64,000 nt of DNA, from assembly GCA_964035545.1 (NCBI GenBank), contig OZ037765.1, positions 3,792,698 through 3,856,697 of the forward strand, in the 5' to 3' direction. This stretch comes from Bugula neritina. Its lineage: Eukaryota > Animalia > Bryozoa. Position numbers and translations under genes: made by a program. Below, one piece after another: positions 50,646-64,000 of the stretch. How positions within the stretch are numbered: the stretch's first letter is position 1; the number at the start of each line of letters is the position of its first letter. The notes below the pieces were generated by a model. The model was not told the DNA's origin. It saw only the letters and a list, made by a program, of their open reading frames with translations, and did not search any database.

Positions 50646-53600
50646 TCAGATGCTCTCATACAAACTGATATCTTTCTGCATTGGTTTAAACACAAAAGCA
50701 TAAAAAGTCAATATAGTAACTGAGAAGCCATAAGACCAGAAGAATATTCGATCCATTTTAGTAGCTACTTTATACCACTTAGCAGTGTCCTGCAAGTCTA
50801 ATCTCACTTTGTCATGGCGCTGTTTCAAATGGAAAAACAAGTCTTGTAAACCTTTCTCTGTGTTTCCCATTGCAGGCTCAGCTGATTCCTTAGTCTTAGT
50901 CTGTTGCTTGCTTTTCACATTTGATGCCTTTCTCTCAGGAGAAGATTTTGTTTTTGTCTGAGAATTGCTAACAGGAGCAGACGGACTGTCGTCATCATTG
51001 ATTTCAGTGATACCTCCATTTTGTTGCTTCTTCACTTCTGTTGTTGCAGGTGTTGAGCCATTAGAAGTGAGATTTTTTAACTCAATATTTTCAGCTTTCT
51101 TTTTACGATCATTGCAACAAAGTGAGAGCTTATATATCAGCTAAAAGAAAAGCAATATTCTAAAGAAATTAACAATACTAGAGTACGTCATTTTCATTTA
51201 ACACAAATCTACCTGTTGGTCTCATTAATTAGTCAATATTTCTTATCTAACAATAACTCCTTGCATTTGCAGCTGTTGATGCATTACTAATATTAAATAA
51301 TATACTAATCTATTTAGTGTATAAAAACAGATTAAGACAGGTTCAAATTAAACACTGCACATAGTACTATTTCATGAAATTATTGGCATGTAACACAGTG
51401 TAAATTAGTCAAGAAAAAAATCCATTGTATACGTTGCTTAATTAAGCGCTATTTCCAACACTTGATATTTTGCAAGACATAAGAAGATAGAAATACAAAC
51501 TAATTATTAAAGTTTTCAGCAGTAAAACTGTGTGCATAATTTGTATACCTTATTAACCAAATAGGGCACTTCTTTTCTAATTCTTGGTGATGCGACTAAC
51601 TTGTCTGCCACCACATGCGCTGTCGTTGACATGGCAGTTATACACATCAGCGCAGTTAGATATATACCTGTGTAATAAGAAGAGTAGACAACTACAATAC
51701 CTATAGGGATGTACATTTATTGCTTTGAGCAAAAAGTTATATAAGTCTACTGTGAGTAAAAAACCAGAGTAAAATAGTTTCTCCCATAAATCAAGTTGGG
51801 TGTTAAGCAAATACTAAATAATTCAAGGCTCTAATAGCTTTTTATGATTCATTTAATATTTTTTCTTTAAGTTTATACGATGCTTTAATTATTCGTAATT
51901 AGTTTCAAGTCAAATGGATGACATTTGTTTGACTGGCATTAGAAAACACAGTAGAAAAATAATCATTCGATTTTTCCCAATCTTGTCTTTAGCAAAGTTA
52001 CAGAATATAATCCAATGACTATCACTACATTCACTCTGTGTCAGAATAACGTACTGATAAGTGGTACAGTCTCAGAGGTGCGTGGTGTACTCTCAGCAAC
52101 CAGCAGCATGAACAGGGAGAGAGAAAACAGGACAGTCAACTGAACAGAAATCTTCTCATCGTTCTTGTCAGGTGGAATGAGGAATCCAACCATACATATA
52201 ATGGAGAGAGTTATACACGGTATCACTATGTTGAATACGTGTTGTATAGTCTGCCTTCTAATGTGAATGTAGACCTGCATAAGTACGCTGTCAAAGTTGA
52301 AAAATATTTTTAGCAGGGTTTGCCAAAAAATTATAAAAAATCTTTTTTTACTTATTTTATTCAACTAAATCTAGGTGAAAGCAGGGTTTAAATTTTTAAC
52401 ATTGTGATGGACTGTTGCTCGTATACGTTCTTAATATATTATTTATATTTTATTTATATATCATTTATGCAATAATTATATATATTATATAGGCTATAGT
52501 ATTTATATACTCTCAACATATGTTATATATTTATTTTAGCTGAAGGGTATTATTAGCGATACTAACTTTGATATCTGGAAAAGGCTCTACGCAGCACCGG
52601 TAATATGTGATGAACCTCCTTATCTTAGAGTCAACCACTTCAAACTCGCTGTTCTTTAGTGCCTGGGACATGTCCATCTTGTTCATTGGATTCCACACAT
52701 TTACCTACAAGATATAAAGATACAGGATACAACGAATTAGTTTCTACCACCACACTAATGAATAGCAGGTTTCATTATACACAGCTAGTGTACAGATGGT
52801 GCCTTTGTTTTATAGAGAAGAAGCTAGAGTCCCCATTTATATAAATAAAGCCTAAATTTCATTTATTATGAGCCTAAGAAGTTGTCCGTTCATGATTCAT
52901 ACTAAACTCTTTTGAAATTTTAAGGCAAAACCAATAGCTATGTAATTTCCTTAATATAAGCAAAGGGGGAGACTTTTTTACGTGATATAAAAAATAATGC
53001 AATAGAAATGTTATTTAAACTTTTGATCTGCATGTTAAGTAAATGTATGAAGATGTTCGTGTTGGAACTGGGATATTGTAAAATATTACAAGATAGAACA
53101 AATACTATATGACATTTAAGGCTTTGTCACATCCACTACATCAATACAATGACGGCATGTCAACAAATCTGTAACACCCTCACCTGGTCTCCATCGTAGG
53201 CCCAGGAGCCGAGTTTAAGGTGACAGATTTGATCATCAAATGGGAAGTAAGTGATATCTATATTACAGCTACTCGTGTAGCGTTTTACTGGTGGCCAATA
53301 GATTTCCCCTGTGTACTTCAGATATGCTCTGCTTCCTGTGTTAGTTGAGGATGTTTTAATTATCCTTTCTTCTGCTCTATGAACAAAGATAGCTATTGTT
53401 TTTTAAAATGACCCTCAGTCCAAATTTCAAACATATACTATATATAAGTGAAAACTGTTCATTCAGTTTATTACAATTAAGCAAAATAAAAGAGCATATG
53501 AAATTATACAATACATAGAGGTTGTAAAAAATTGCAGTAGTCTTTAAAAATTAAACAAACACAAATAACTAATTTTAGATAAATTTGCTGTGAAATCATA

Positions 53601-56600
53601 AAAGGCTGAAACAAATGTTAAAGGTTTGTTAGTCGACAAATGCTGTAGCTGAATTCTTTAGTGCTATAGGTACACATTATTAAAATAACTTGTTAAGCAA
53701 TTTAAAAACAATATAAATTAATGATCCTATGTGCTAAACAACCACCATTTCGATTCCTTACGTGTTGTATAAAACAATATCAGGCAGCCATATTGCAGAA
53801 GAAGGTATTTTGAGTTCTTCAATTCCACTGTAGTCCTTCGGGCGCCAAACCAGTTTCTCATCGTACCAGAAGTGGTCCATCCACAGGATCACAGACATGG
53901 ACTGCTCCTTCTCTTCCTAGGAATACAATAACCATGACAGTGCAATACAATAGCAATACAATAATCGATACAGTGCAATACAATACAATAATTACCACAG
54001 TGCAATGAAATGCAATAACCATTGCAGTACAATACAATACAATAACCATTACAGTACAGTACAATAACCATTAATGTACAATACAATGCAATACAACACA
54101 ATACAGTGAGATAAAATACAAAACAATACGATACAATACAATGCAATGCAATGCAACACAAAAACTATTACAGTGAGCAACTAAAACTTGTCTTTTCTGT
54201 TCAGCATAAGATAAAACATAAGTTAGTAATAGTCAATGTATCTAAAGAGTTATCTGTTCATTGCTATAGCTAGCTAACTTTTGAACTCTTGAACTAATAT
54301 AATAAATAGTACAGCTTGGCTTTCTCAGACAGAAAAGTCAGTTATAAAGTTGCTTGCAGTGGCAGCAAGGTAGGGGATGCTGCCATATGCAGTGGTGTAA
54401 GGAAAAGTTTAACTAACTTTTCATACTGTGTATGAAGCTGAATATACTATACATAAGACCTATGATTTAACACATTGTATAAAACATAGTTTTAGCTTCT
54501 AGTGCTTTTCAGTTACACTAATTGAGACAGCTATTATTTATCATGCACCAGGTTTTGAGCAAAGATTAAATATTTTCAACCCAATATAATGAATTTTAAA
54601 GCAAAGCCATCTGTCTACTGTAGACATAGTTAATTATTAAGAGCAGCTAATTATAATAATTGATTGCTGATCGTCTTGAACATTTTTAAATCTTGAGGTA
54701 GATGCAGTAAATGGAGAAATTGAAAAAACCTGTGTTCTAGATGGAAAATGTAGCAAAATAGTTTATGTTCTCAGAATGATTTCATCTTGGGCCCTAAACT
54801 AAAACTTATAACTATCAATCTTAAAAAACTTGCGCTTTTAAAATTTATCCATTACTGCACCTAAATTTTGTTGTCAACATAGTCTGAGGCACCAGCCAAT
54901 TTTGTTCCTCAAATTCCTCCCCCCCCAGCAATTATTACTTTCAGGGGAGATAACTGTTATGTAAGAAATTAAGTTTCTTTAAGTTCTACTGAAAATGCAT
55001 TGATTACCACTTTGAGAACTTGAGAGAAGGTGAAGTTCAAGTTGATATGGACAATGTGAGATGCATTGAACACAGGTCTGGTCATTTTGTCATAGTTCTT
55101 CATGATCTCTCTATACAGCTGAGCTTCTGGAGTTATCGTCTGCCTGTCAAATATATTTATATGGTGTAACTCTCAGCTTAGACATTACATAAGAGCTTTT
55201 TATAATTTTATTTTTTATTCAACGTTCAAAATAATAATATTATTAATTGAATAATAATAATAATAAATATTGGAGTTTTTGAATAGTCAGAAAATGGTTT
55301 TTGTGCTTCTGAGCAGCTTCGGGTACCATGGATACCCTTCATACAACTTGCAACGAACTTATTCAAAAAAATTAAATTGAAGCATTTAATTTTTCTGACT
55401 ATAACCATCACTAAAATTAGCTATGTTGTTTTATAATTTTTTTCTAAAAAGTTGATTTGAAATTTATTGAGCATTCATTTGTATTTGTTGCAATTTTCTA
55501 CTTTCTACCACATGGAATAAAATTGTAGATAGTAAGTGCCAATTATGCTCAACTATAAATTAATCCAATTTGATGAAATCTACCTTTTGGAATGAATAAA
55601 CATGCAATGTTTATTAAGTTTAGTGAAGAGCAGTCATAGTCATAAAGAGCAGCTGTGGTCTAATGGTTAGAACTCTGGCATGGCCAGTGCTATTATGCTA
55701 CTACAAATCCTATTTTAAAAAGCAGTTTAATATGAAACTATTAGTTGTACATACTGAATTAATTGATGTAGACAAATCTATAATTACATTACCTATTAAG
55801 AAGAAATATTTATTTACTTTTATTATACATATCAACAAAGTATGAATATTTTTAAAAGTATTTTCATGCTGTACTATAGCAAAAACTAGACATGACTTTG
55901 AATATGGTATGGTGTCATTATTAAAGAAGTTTTTAGCAATCATATCTTTATATTTTTGCAGAATTTGGTCAAAAGCAACATGTCAAATAAATTACAATGT
56001 TACATTACTTGGTTTAAAGTCTCAATTTCTAATATTTTATATAGTGAATTAGTAATATCACATTGTTTCCATTTTAATACGATTATAACAAAATAAATTA
56101 GGTTGGACGACTACAACTAACTATAGCATGCACATAATATGTCTATAAAAAAACTCGTGAAATCAAGCTGAATAATTTTGCATATAAAAAACCACACATC
56201 ATCTTCAAATGCTAAACTAACAAGTTGCTGGAATACTTTGCCGTTAGTTATGAAATATTGCAATTTAATAGAAAGGTCAATTGTATAGTTATATACTGCT
56301 GGTTTTACAGAAATCTTGCAGCTATATTATATAATATCAAATACTAATTGCTTTTGCTGATGAAGTATTTGTTTATGCTTTACATAATCAGATATGTTGT
56401 AAGATTTAGTGAGCTACACATAGTCCATTAGATAAAGTGTACGCAGCAGAATTATGTTGATGGTAAAATAATTCCTAAAGAGTTTTAGTTTTTTTTTAAT
56501 TTTCTAACAAGTTATATATTATATGCTTAAAATTTTATTATGGTAGTAGTTACTAATGTTGTTTAAACGCAAGTTGTTGGTGCAAATTTTACTAAAATTT

Positions 56601-58529
56601 AATGATATTTTGTGACTTCTATTTTACATCATTATATAGCAGTTCATTTAATGCATAAGGAGATATATAACTCTTTCAGTATCTATTTTACTCATCAGCA
56701 ACTTATAGCTTACAGTTTCATCTGATTATCACAAATGTAATAAATACTCAAAGTATTAATTTTGGGCATGTGCAAGCTAAACCTATATTGTGGTTAATAT
56801 TAAAAAAATGACAATTTTCAACGTTGGGTATAGAAAAATTATTTATAACTTTTAAAGTTAGCTATTCATTGAAACTAGTTGCTCTACATATAGTATAGTA
56901 GCTTAATATCTGTATAATACACGTAATAATAACTTGTCTCACATTCTTACCTGAGCTCTAGAATGTCCGTAGCTGAGTAGTTCTTTACAGGCTGTGTGCT
57001 GGAGAGCTCATTGCTGTCTATCACCATGGCGATGCCTCCTGCAATGAACTGCTCAGTAGCTCCCAGTATTTGAGGAGTGGTGACATGCTGCTCTGTAAAA
57101 TATTGATACATTTTTATTTATTCTTTAGCATGCCATACTTAATTTAGTTTTCCAACATATTTAAATAAATTTAAACATAAAATATGCTAGGCCTTGATAA
57201 AATGAACACTAATTAATCCGTTGCGTATAACTAAATACAGCCGGATACCATATAATAGCAACTTATGTGCCTCACGTAATTTGCGTGAGGTATTCTTTAC
57301 CAGTTCCATATTCAAACGGTATTTAAAAATAACATATGCATAATTGATTTTTCTTAACAGCTTAAGCTATAGTAGTGTGGGCCATATTAACAGCTTCATC
57401 AAATTTAAAGCTGTGAAATGATTATATAATGTTTTGGCTTGGAAAAGTTTCATGCAATGAGAGCCATTCACGATAGCCTACATAGTATTTCTTTGCAGTT
57501 ATAACCATTATAACCATATCTGTGCTTTGCCGGTAAAAGTCTGCTTCGTTGAAATGCTAAAATAGCAAACAAATGCACCAGCATTAAGTGTATTGTATAT
57601 AATTCAGTAAGCAAAAAATAATTAAACTATCAATATTTTGTTTTTTTTTTGGAAAATAGCATATATTACAATGTAGAATAATAAGCGTCAATTATTATTT
57701 TAATGTTATATTATTATACATGCATGTGTGTAATGTATTATATCTACATTTTTGATTTAGCTAGTACCAGCAATTTATATATCATAAATATTGTCTTAAT
57801 TGCCAAAGTTGTTACAAATTTCCATTAGCAACCCTCAAACACTTTTCTCCGCAAACTATTAACCCAGTTTGCTTATGGGATCAATATAGACTCGTCTCCG
57901 GGGACTTCCTAGGCCTGCTATAAGATTAGAGCTAAAACATCTTGAAGTTGTGTATGAAAGGTTTGCTGTGGTAAGAGCAATCCCACTCTCACAAATATTT
58001 TATATAGTATAGCAACACAACCTGCTGCTTAAGCTGACAATTATAAATATGACCTCTACCAAATGTGTGTGTTCAACAGACACCCTACAAACTAATTATC
58101 AAGTCTGCATGCGTTGATGGCCCCCCTTGCATACATTTTAAAATGTCTCAAACTCATGGTGAAATCATCAAATTCCAAGTTTATTTTTTTGAATTAGTAT
58201 CCATTAGTTCAATGATAATGAAAAATTAATAAACACTTGTCAAGATTTAGAAGAAATTTGCATCAGTAAAATATTTTAGTGAATGGAATTTAACTTTAAT
58301 GTAGATTTTTTTAAAGTAATGATGGCATACATTCAACTTACAAGCTACGTATAACTTACTTTTCAACTGTGTAATAAATGTCTTCAATTCCTGGAATAAA
58401 TTTCTGAAATAGAGAAAGTTCAACATTTTCGTTTATAACCATTTAAGACCAACCTGAGGTGAAGGTAAGAGGTATAAAGTGCAGCAGAACTTGTAATGTA
58501 GAAAGTAGAGCTAACTTTAGAGATGGCAT
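50646..58529 (-). CDS. Nicotinic acetylcholine receptor alpha-type subunit (~557 aa, 9 coding exons)
   Basis: Exons 58454-58529, 56951-57092, 55008-55143, 53762-53916, 53184-53376, 52567-52704, 52055-52274, 51549-51667, 50646-51140 join in frame. Signal peptide, WLPDIVLYN, Cys-loop CNIDITYFPFDDQIC, GSWAYDG, vicinal cysteines YYRCCVEPFPD, M1-M4 (..MDRIFFW). Confidence 0.93.
53922..54160. repeat. Degenerate (CAATA/CAGTA/CAATG)n pentanucleotide satellite in a nAChR intron
   Basis: Tandem CAATA-type units with a recurring ATAACCAT higher-order unit. Confidence 0.9.
54695..54760 (-). repeat. Dispersed repeat fragment, inverted copy of ~18708-18772
   Basis: GAGGTAGATGCAGTAAATGGAGAAATTGA..GTTCTAGAT.GAAAATGTAGCAAAA versus TTTTGCTACATTT..ATCTAGAAC..TCAATTTCTCCATTACTGCATCTACCTC. 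Confidence 0.7.
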
Positions 58530-60212
58530 GTTCCTCAATGGCTGTACACTCACTCCAACCACTTCACTAAAACATATTTGATCTCATAACTAATGCACCG
58601 TATCAGATGCCACACGCTATTGGCTTAGCAAGTCTGCTTATTTAAGCCAATATAAAAAGCTAATAACATAATTTAATGAACGTTAGTGAGAAAATAGCTT
58701 GACCCGAGTGCAGCAAATTAAATAATAGCCGAGAGAACATAATTTGCTGCAATTTTACTTGCAATAATTGGCCTTGAATCAGTCAGTTAGTTTCTTAAAT
58801 GAAAGATTAGAACACTGGCAAAAGTCCAACTATACTACGAGTAGTGCTTCTTTGCAAGATACTACATTACAAAGAGCTGTGCTGGTAGTTGAGTTTAGTC
58901 ATTAAAACTTGATTTGTTGGTAACTTCAGTAAATTAACAGATAAAAAATGTCATAGTTACATTTCCTGTTTGCTTGTTTTTACATCAATTAAATTGTGTT
59001 TTGAGATTGTTTATTTTGCCTAATGATACTTATAAGCATTGCATCTTGCATAATATTGTGGGATCATCAAATCATCGAACCAGTCTGTATAGTATGCACC
59101 CAAATCACAAGCATGTGTTTATTAAATATGACAGCAAGTACACTACTTATGCACCAAATAATATAAACAGTGGGTGTAGATATTTGCCAGTAAATGGGTA
59201 CAAAACTATCCTAATAATAGCGTAAATTCTGTAGCATGTAATTCATAATTGCTTCAATAATCGTGATACTATATGTGATGCGTTCACTTGGATTGTAAAA
59301 GTTAGATTTTATAATTTAAATGCAATGCCTGATTGAGAGGTGAATGCAGCAATATTGTTTGAAATTTAGACTTAGTTAAAATTAATTACGGCTAAGAATA
59401 GCTGAAAAAAGCGCAACTTTACTGACATAGTCAGTGTTAGAATTTGATAATGCAATGAGAAAAGTTTTATGATTTAAATTTCAAAACTGCTGCTATTTTG
59501 CTAAGAGAAAGCCAGCTCTCTTTCAAAGCTATTTACAATGGTTGCCTTGTAAATACTTTATCCATAAGTTACCAGCCATTGCCTGGTTTTCAACTTTTAT
59601 CTCAGCCCAACTAATGACGAGTTTTACTGTGAGATATACTGAAGCATGTCAATAATTTAGCAGAGTGCGAGGTTTGGCAGACAGCATATAAGATTAGCTG
59701 CTAATTTATTGATTTACTACAGCCTCGTCTAAGAGGAGAGCAGCATGCAGGGCTAAGCTAAATATTTACATGGTGGAAGCTATATATGTAATAACAAATA
59801 ATTCAAAAGACAGTCTCTTTTTATTAAATAAAACTATTTTAGTATTATATAACATTGTTCAATACTCTTGTGCAAACAAGCATATGGTATATTTATGTGG
59901 TTGTAGACAGAATGCTATTTTACATTCTTGGTAAATCAATAAAAAATATGACTTTTAAGAGGGCTTTACAGGATTGTAATATTTGCTTATAATAATGAGT
60001 TAATTAACTGATAGCAAACAATATTGCAGCAGTGTCGGTCATAATAAATGCTGCTCGGTGATTGGTGCATCATATTCTTAGTATGCTGTAGTATGCTACT
60101 ATAAGCTACTATAACACTACTAGCTAATATAACTGCTATCACTTTGATTGTTACAACTCTGCTGCTGCTGCAACTGCTACTGTAACAATGCTGTCAGCGC
60201 GCAGGTAGCTGC

Positions 60213-63200
60213 TTAGCAATTGTCCAGATCTGTTTCCTCTGATATTGTCTTCTTTGTGATAGGAAATATGAATATGCAGCCAATGGTGGTTGAAGTCATC
60301 ATGAGAAGATAAATCCAAAATAGACATCTACAAAATATCATTAACTTATAATTAAGTTATTCTAATAATTTGTAAATGAAATGGTAAATTATACAACTAT
60401 ATACTATGACATAATAGAAGCCTTAAAGTACAGCTCTTGCAAGGAACATAAAGCATACAAGAAGCAACATATGATGAACAGGGCAGATAACTCTAAGACA
60501 ATTACTTACCTGTCCAATATAGTAGCTACTGCGTGCCAGTCGTCACTTGTGTGTTGTTTCTGGAGCAGCTCCTCTTGGTGCTCTACTATAGTGTGAAGTC
60601 TTTTTAGCAGAGGATCTTCTTCCTTAGCCTCAGCACCCTCGTCTACTCCTGACTTGGCTTTCCCATTACAGGTCTTTTGTGTGTCAGAGTGTTTCTTATC
60701 TCCTTTTCTATTGGATGATTTTGGGCCTAGCGCCATCTGTAAAATAAAATTATTATTTGCATGACACATTTTCTACAAAATATGGTATATCCTGAACACT
60801 GTTATATATTATTCTTAATTCATAACTGCTAAATGGTGTGCAATAAAATAGACGATGTAATATCATTCAGCATAACATTTACATGGCATAGTCTAGAATA
60901 ACTCAGGTTGTCATGGTATAGGCTGGGGACCAACTTTCAATACCCTGTGTTATGTATGAATAAAGTATGTATAAAGTTAAGAGATAGAATGGATAGCAAA
61001 TTATTCATGTTACACCATTTTAGTTCTAGTTGACAATTTTAGTTAACCTTTGCCTTGGATCTCTGGGACATTAAATTATGCACTCCTTATAGCTGTTGGC
61101 AGCAGCAGCAAATAGTAAGATGCAACAGATATGCAGTATATGCTGCCAGAGAGAGCTATTGAAATAGATTTAATGTTTAAAACTTTAAAAAGGCTCTATA
61201 ATAAAGAAGCTGTATGGAATGAAGTTATCTATAAGCAGCCCCCCAGTTGGAATTGACTGAGTGCAGCAGTTTGGGGTCTCAAGTTTGGAGTTGGGGGGGT
61301 TCAAAATTCTAACCAATGAACTAAAACTTCATATTATAGTTATATAGTTCAGTGGTTCTAACCTAAGCACCTAACTCCAAACTTAAGAACTCAAACTACT
61401 GCCCTCAGCCACTCTCAACTTGGGTCTGCTTATAGAAAGACTGGTATACGGAATGAATAAGAATAGCCTCAGATTCTACAGTATTTTGTAGTATACTATA
61501 AAGGAAGCTTCAGGTACTACACACACCATTGCCAGCTGACGGATATTGCAGTGTCTCTCCTCCCAAGTCACCATCTTGACACACATGAGTTGACCTAGTT
61601 TGTGACACAACTTGTGAATCCAGTACGGGACGACTGTATCCCCCTCCGCTCTGTGGTTTACGTTAGCGATGAACACAGCGCTAATGACAGAGAAGGCTGT
61701 GAGACACATGGAGGAAGTTATGTATATACCTGCAACATTATAGAAATTGTGATGTAATCCAAATATATTTTCACAAGTATATTAACATTTTTTTCTTATA
61801 TTTTAGAAACTTTTTTAGTTTTAAATACTTTGCAAAAACATCATAAAAGAAATTAGCTTAGAAGTAGTAGTTAGAGTGATGGCATAATAAAACACTATAT
61901 AGGTCTGTGGTTCAAGTCTAAACACTGGCGGTGATGTTAGGAAGAGCCTCCCGTCATAAGTACTTCTGTGTCATATATGAATAAGTCTTTAGCATGATTT
62001 ATAAAAAAACCCTTTCAAACTTGTGTGAATATTTCAAGATTATAAAACTAGCTTAAATTATTATTGCAAATTTTTAAAGTTTATTATATATACAGTTTTA
62101 AATTATGCCAAACTATAAAACTGTAAAATGTGTTTAGATTGAGTCACAATTTAATTAAAAAATCAAAAGATTTCACCCTTTATGACTCACCAATGATAGG
62201 CACGTGGAAGCTGGTAGAAGGCATGCTCTCAGCTATAAGTAGCATGAAGACGGAGAAGGCCAATAATATTGTGAGACCGAGACTTATCTTCTCCCCGGAG
62301 TCTGGTTTCATCCAGAAGCTGAGCAGAGTGAGGATGGAGAGCATGATGCAAGGTATGATGATGTTGTATACGTAGTATAGAGTCCTGTGGAAGCAAAGAG
62401 TATATAGTGTTGTATATAATATAATAGTCCTCTATGAGCAAAGAGTATATTATTATAGTATTATATATAATATATAGTTCTGTAGGAACAAAGAGTATAT
62501 ATAGTATTATAAATGATAACGAGTTTTGTAAGAACAAAGAGTATATATGAATATACATAATATAGAGTATTACAACAGGAAAGATAATCTATTACCGCAC
62601 ATTATTTAAAGTTTCCTAACAGTAATGTAGAAGCTGTATTATAGTATTATACATAGCATAAAGTCTTGTATTTTTTTCTATAATTAAAATTTTTAAAATA
62701 ACAGTATAATTGTGAAAAATTGCAAAAAACTATCAGAATATATGGCAGAAGCTGTAAAAGTGTAGTATAAAACACAGTTGAGGCTGCTTAGCATTGTTTA
62801 AATAGTAGAACAGCAAAACGCCTGTAAAACCATGAATATATGCTATTAAAACTAAAGAAAGCTAGTATTTGGGCATGTGGTGATATGAGTAGAAGAATAA
62901 TATACTATAAAATTAAATGTTGAGTAGATGGTAGTGACTAAAGGAAGAAGAGAAATGTAAATATGAAATAGTGTAGTTGAAAAATATAAAGGGGTTCAAG
63001 AAATTGAGGAATAAGTATGACTATGTGACTATTTTAGGTAAAAGAAGGAGTGAGAAGCACACTATGAGCATATAATTAAAGGTGCTTTGAGTATACAGAT
63101 AAAAACTGGAAAATTAACAATAATATTACACATTGTGGAATGTTGTTATATCTGCATATACTGCATGCTAAATGCTAGTTACTAAATGTTACTACAATCA

Positions 63201-64000
63201 AATCATCAATTTAACACATTAGACACATACAGTAGCTTGTAGAAAATAAATCAAATGTCTACCCGTTAAGACTTGTCTTACTACTTCATGTTGTATGAAA
63301 TAAATAAACAGTAATATGTGAACACATTTACAGGATTCGGTGAAAGCTTCAATAAGTGTCAGTTACTGTAATTTAATATAGGTTGAGGAAATGGACTATT
63401 GATGCATTTTCAACATGAAAGTTATAATAAATACGATATGTGCATATGATATAAAACAAATAATTTGTGTAACCCAATATTTTACACTGAATTATAGAGA
63501 GTCAAAAAAAAATGCAATAATATTTTGCATTTTCAATTTCTAATTGGCAGTAATAAAATGATAGTAAAATATGTTTTGAATTTGATAATTCTTTAGAAAA
63601 ACTCTAGAAACTTAATATAATGTAACTTGCAAAATTTTAGCAAAAACACAAAGTTAAATTTCAACATGGTTTAACTTTTCTACAAACACTATCAAAAACA
63701 TACAAAAAACAAGATTTATAAAAATCAATAATTGTATTTGTATTGTTTATATTTAAACAGACAGCTAACTAAACAGGTGAATATTTGCTCCCGGCCAATT
63801 CATAGCTTTTATAACGCAAATTTACCAGCATATCTATATGCAGTGCCCATGCATTGATCATTTTAATTGAAGTACAACTATGCCATACACAGCTCTGAGG
63901 CTTTTTACAAAATACCTAAATCAGGGTTGTCCACTCATTTAGCAATAATCACGTTATTTAAGTTGTTGAAATGATTACCTCCTCTGTAGGTGTATTATGA
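60213..64000 (-). CDS. Second nicotinic acetylcholine receptor subunit, 3' part only (M1-M4); 5' exons lie beyond the window
   Basis: Exons 63979->64000, 62191-62384 (TLYYVYNIIIPC..PDSGEKISLGLTILLAFSVFMLLIAE), 61527-61729, 60510-60736, 60213-60327 join in frame. Confidence 0.92.
61228..61436. mobile_element. Degenerate MITE-like inverted-repeat element in a nAChR intron
   Basis: TCTATAAGCAG..AGTTG..TGAG..GCAG.AGTTTG..AAGTTTGGAGTT is mirrored imperfectly by AACTCCAAACTT..CAAACT.CTGC..CTCA..CAACT..CTGCTTATAGA. Confidence 0.6.
62375..62570. repeat. ~50-bp minisatellite, about 4 copies, overlapping a splice acceptor
   Basis: CAAAGAGTATAT core repeated at ~62394, 62439, 62489 and 62535. Confidence 0.75.

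Noticed and set aside
52085-52180. Anion-selective acetylcholine channel
   Set aside because: Lacks the PAR/PAK motif and retains -1' Glu despite the one-residue insertion.
53858-54161. Cys/Ile/Val-rich ORFs
   Set aside because: Translation of the pentanucleotide satellite.
63770-63830. Possible Helitron or other repeat fragments (also ~855-900)
   Set aside because: No verifiable termini or second copy within the window.

Overview
AT-rich eukaryotic (invertebrate, probably lophotrochozoan-like; inference) genomic DNA with spliceosomal GT-AG introns. Four blocks. (1) ~2.6-28 kb, minus strand: an array of about 25 related ~330-400 bp exon-like units, each encoding a four-cysteine, probably Ig-like beta-sandwich domain. 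They lie behind two paralogous signal-peptide leader exons. Every unit I could read is frameshifted, stopped or truncated, and the array was built by nested duplications. (2) 29307-37093: an intact, very young, GC-rich Ty3/gypsy LTR retrotransposon with identical 349-bp LTRs, a GTAT target-site duplication, a tRNA-Leu PBS and a -1 frameshift signal. Its Pol frame runs ~520 codons past integrase into an acidic patch, two zinc fingers and a four-heptad coiled coil. Its LTR carries six phased CCGA-N3-TCGG palindromes upstream of the TATA box, and the same motif recurs twice inside the extra coding region. This is the best candidate for an undescribed system: a 'complex' retrotransposon that may encode its own dimeric DNA-binding regulator and its binding sites. 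(3) 39-50 kb: an inverted, tail-to-tail pair of secreted WSC + propeller-like + PAN/apple genes. (4) 50.6-64 kb: two tandem nicotinic acetylcholine receptor subunit genes, one complete with an atypical M2 pore and one partial. All calls were made by eye; no database searches were run.
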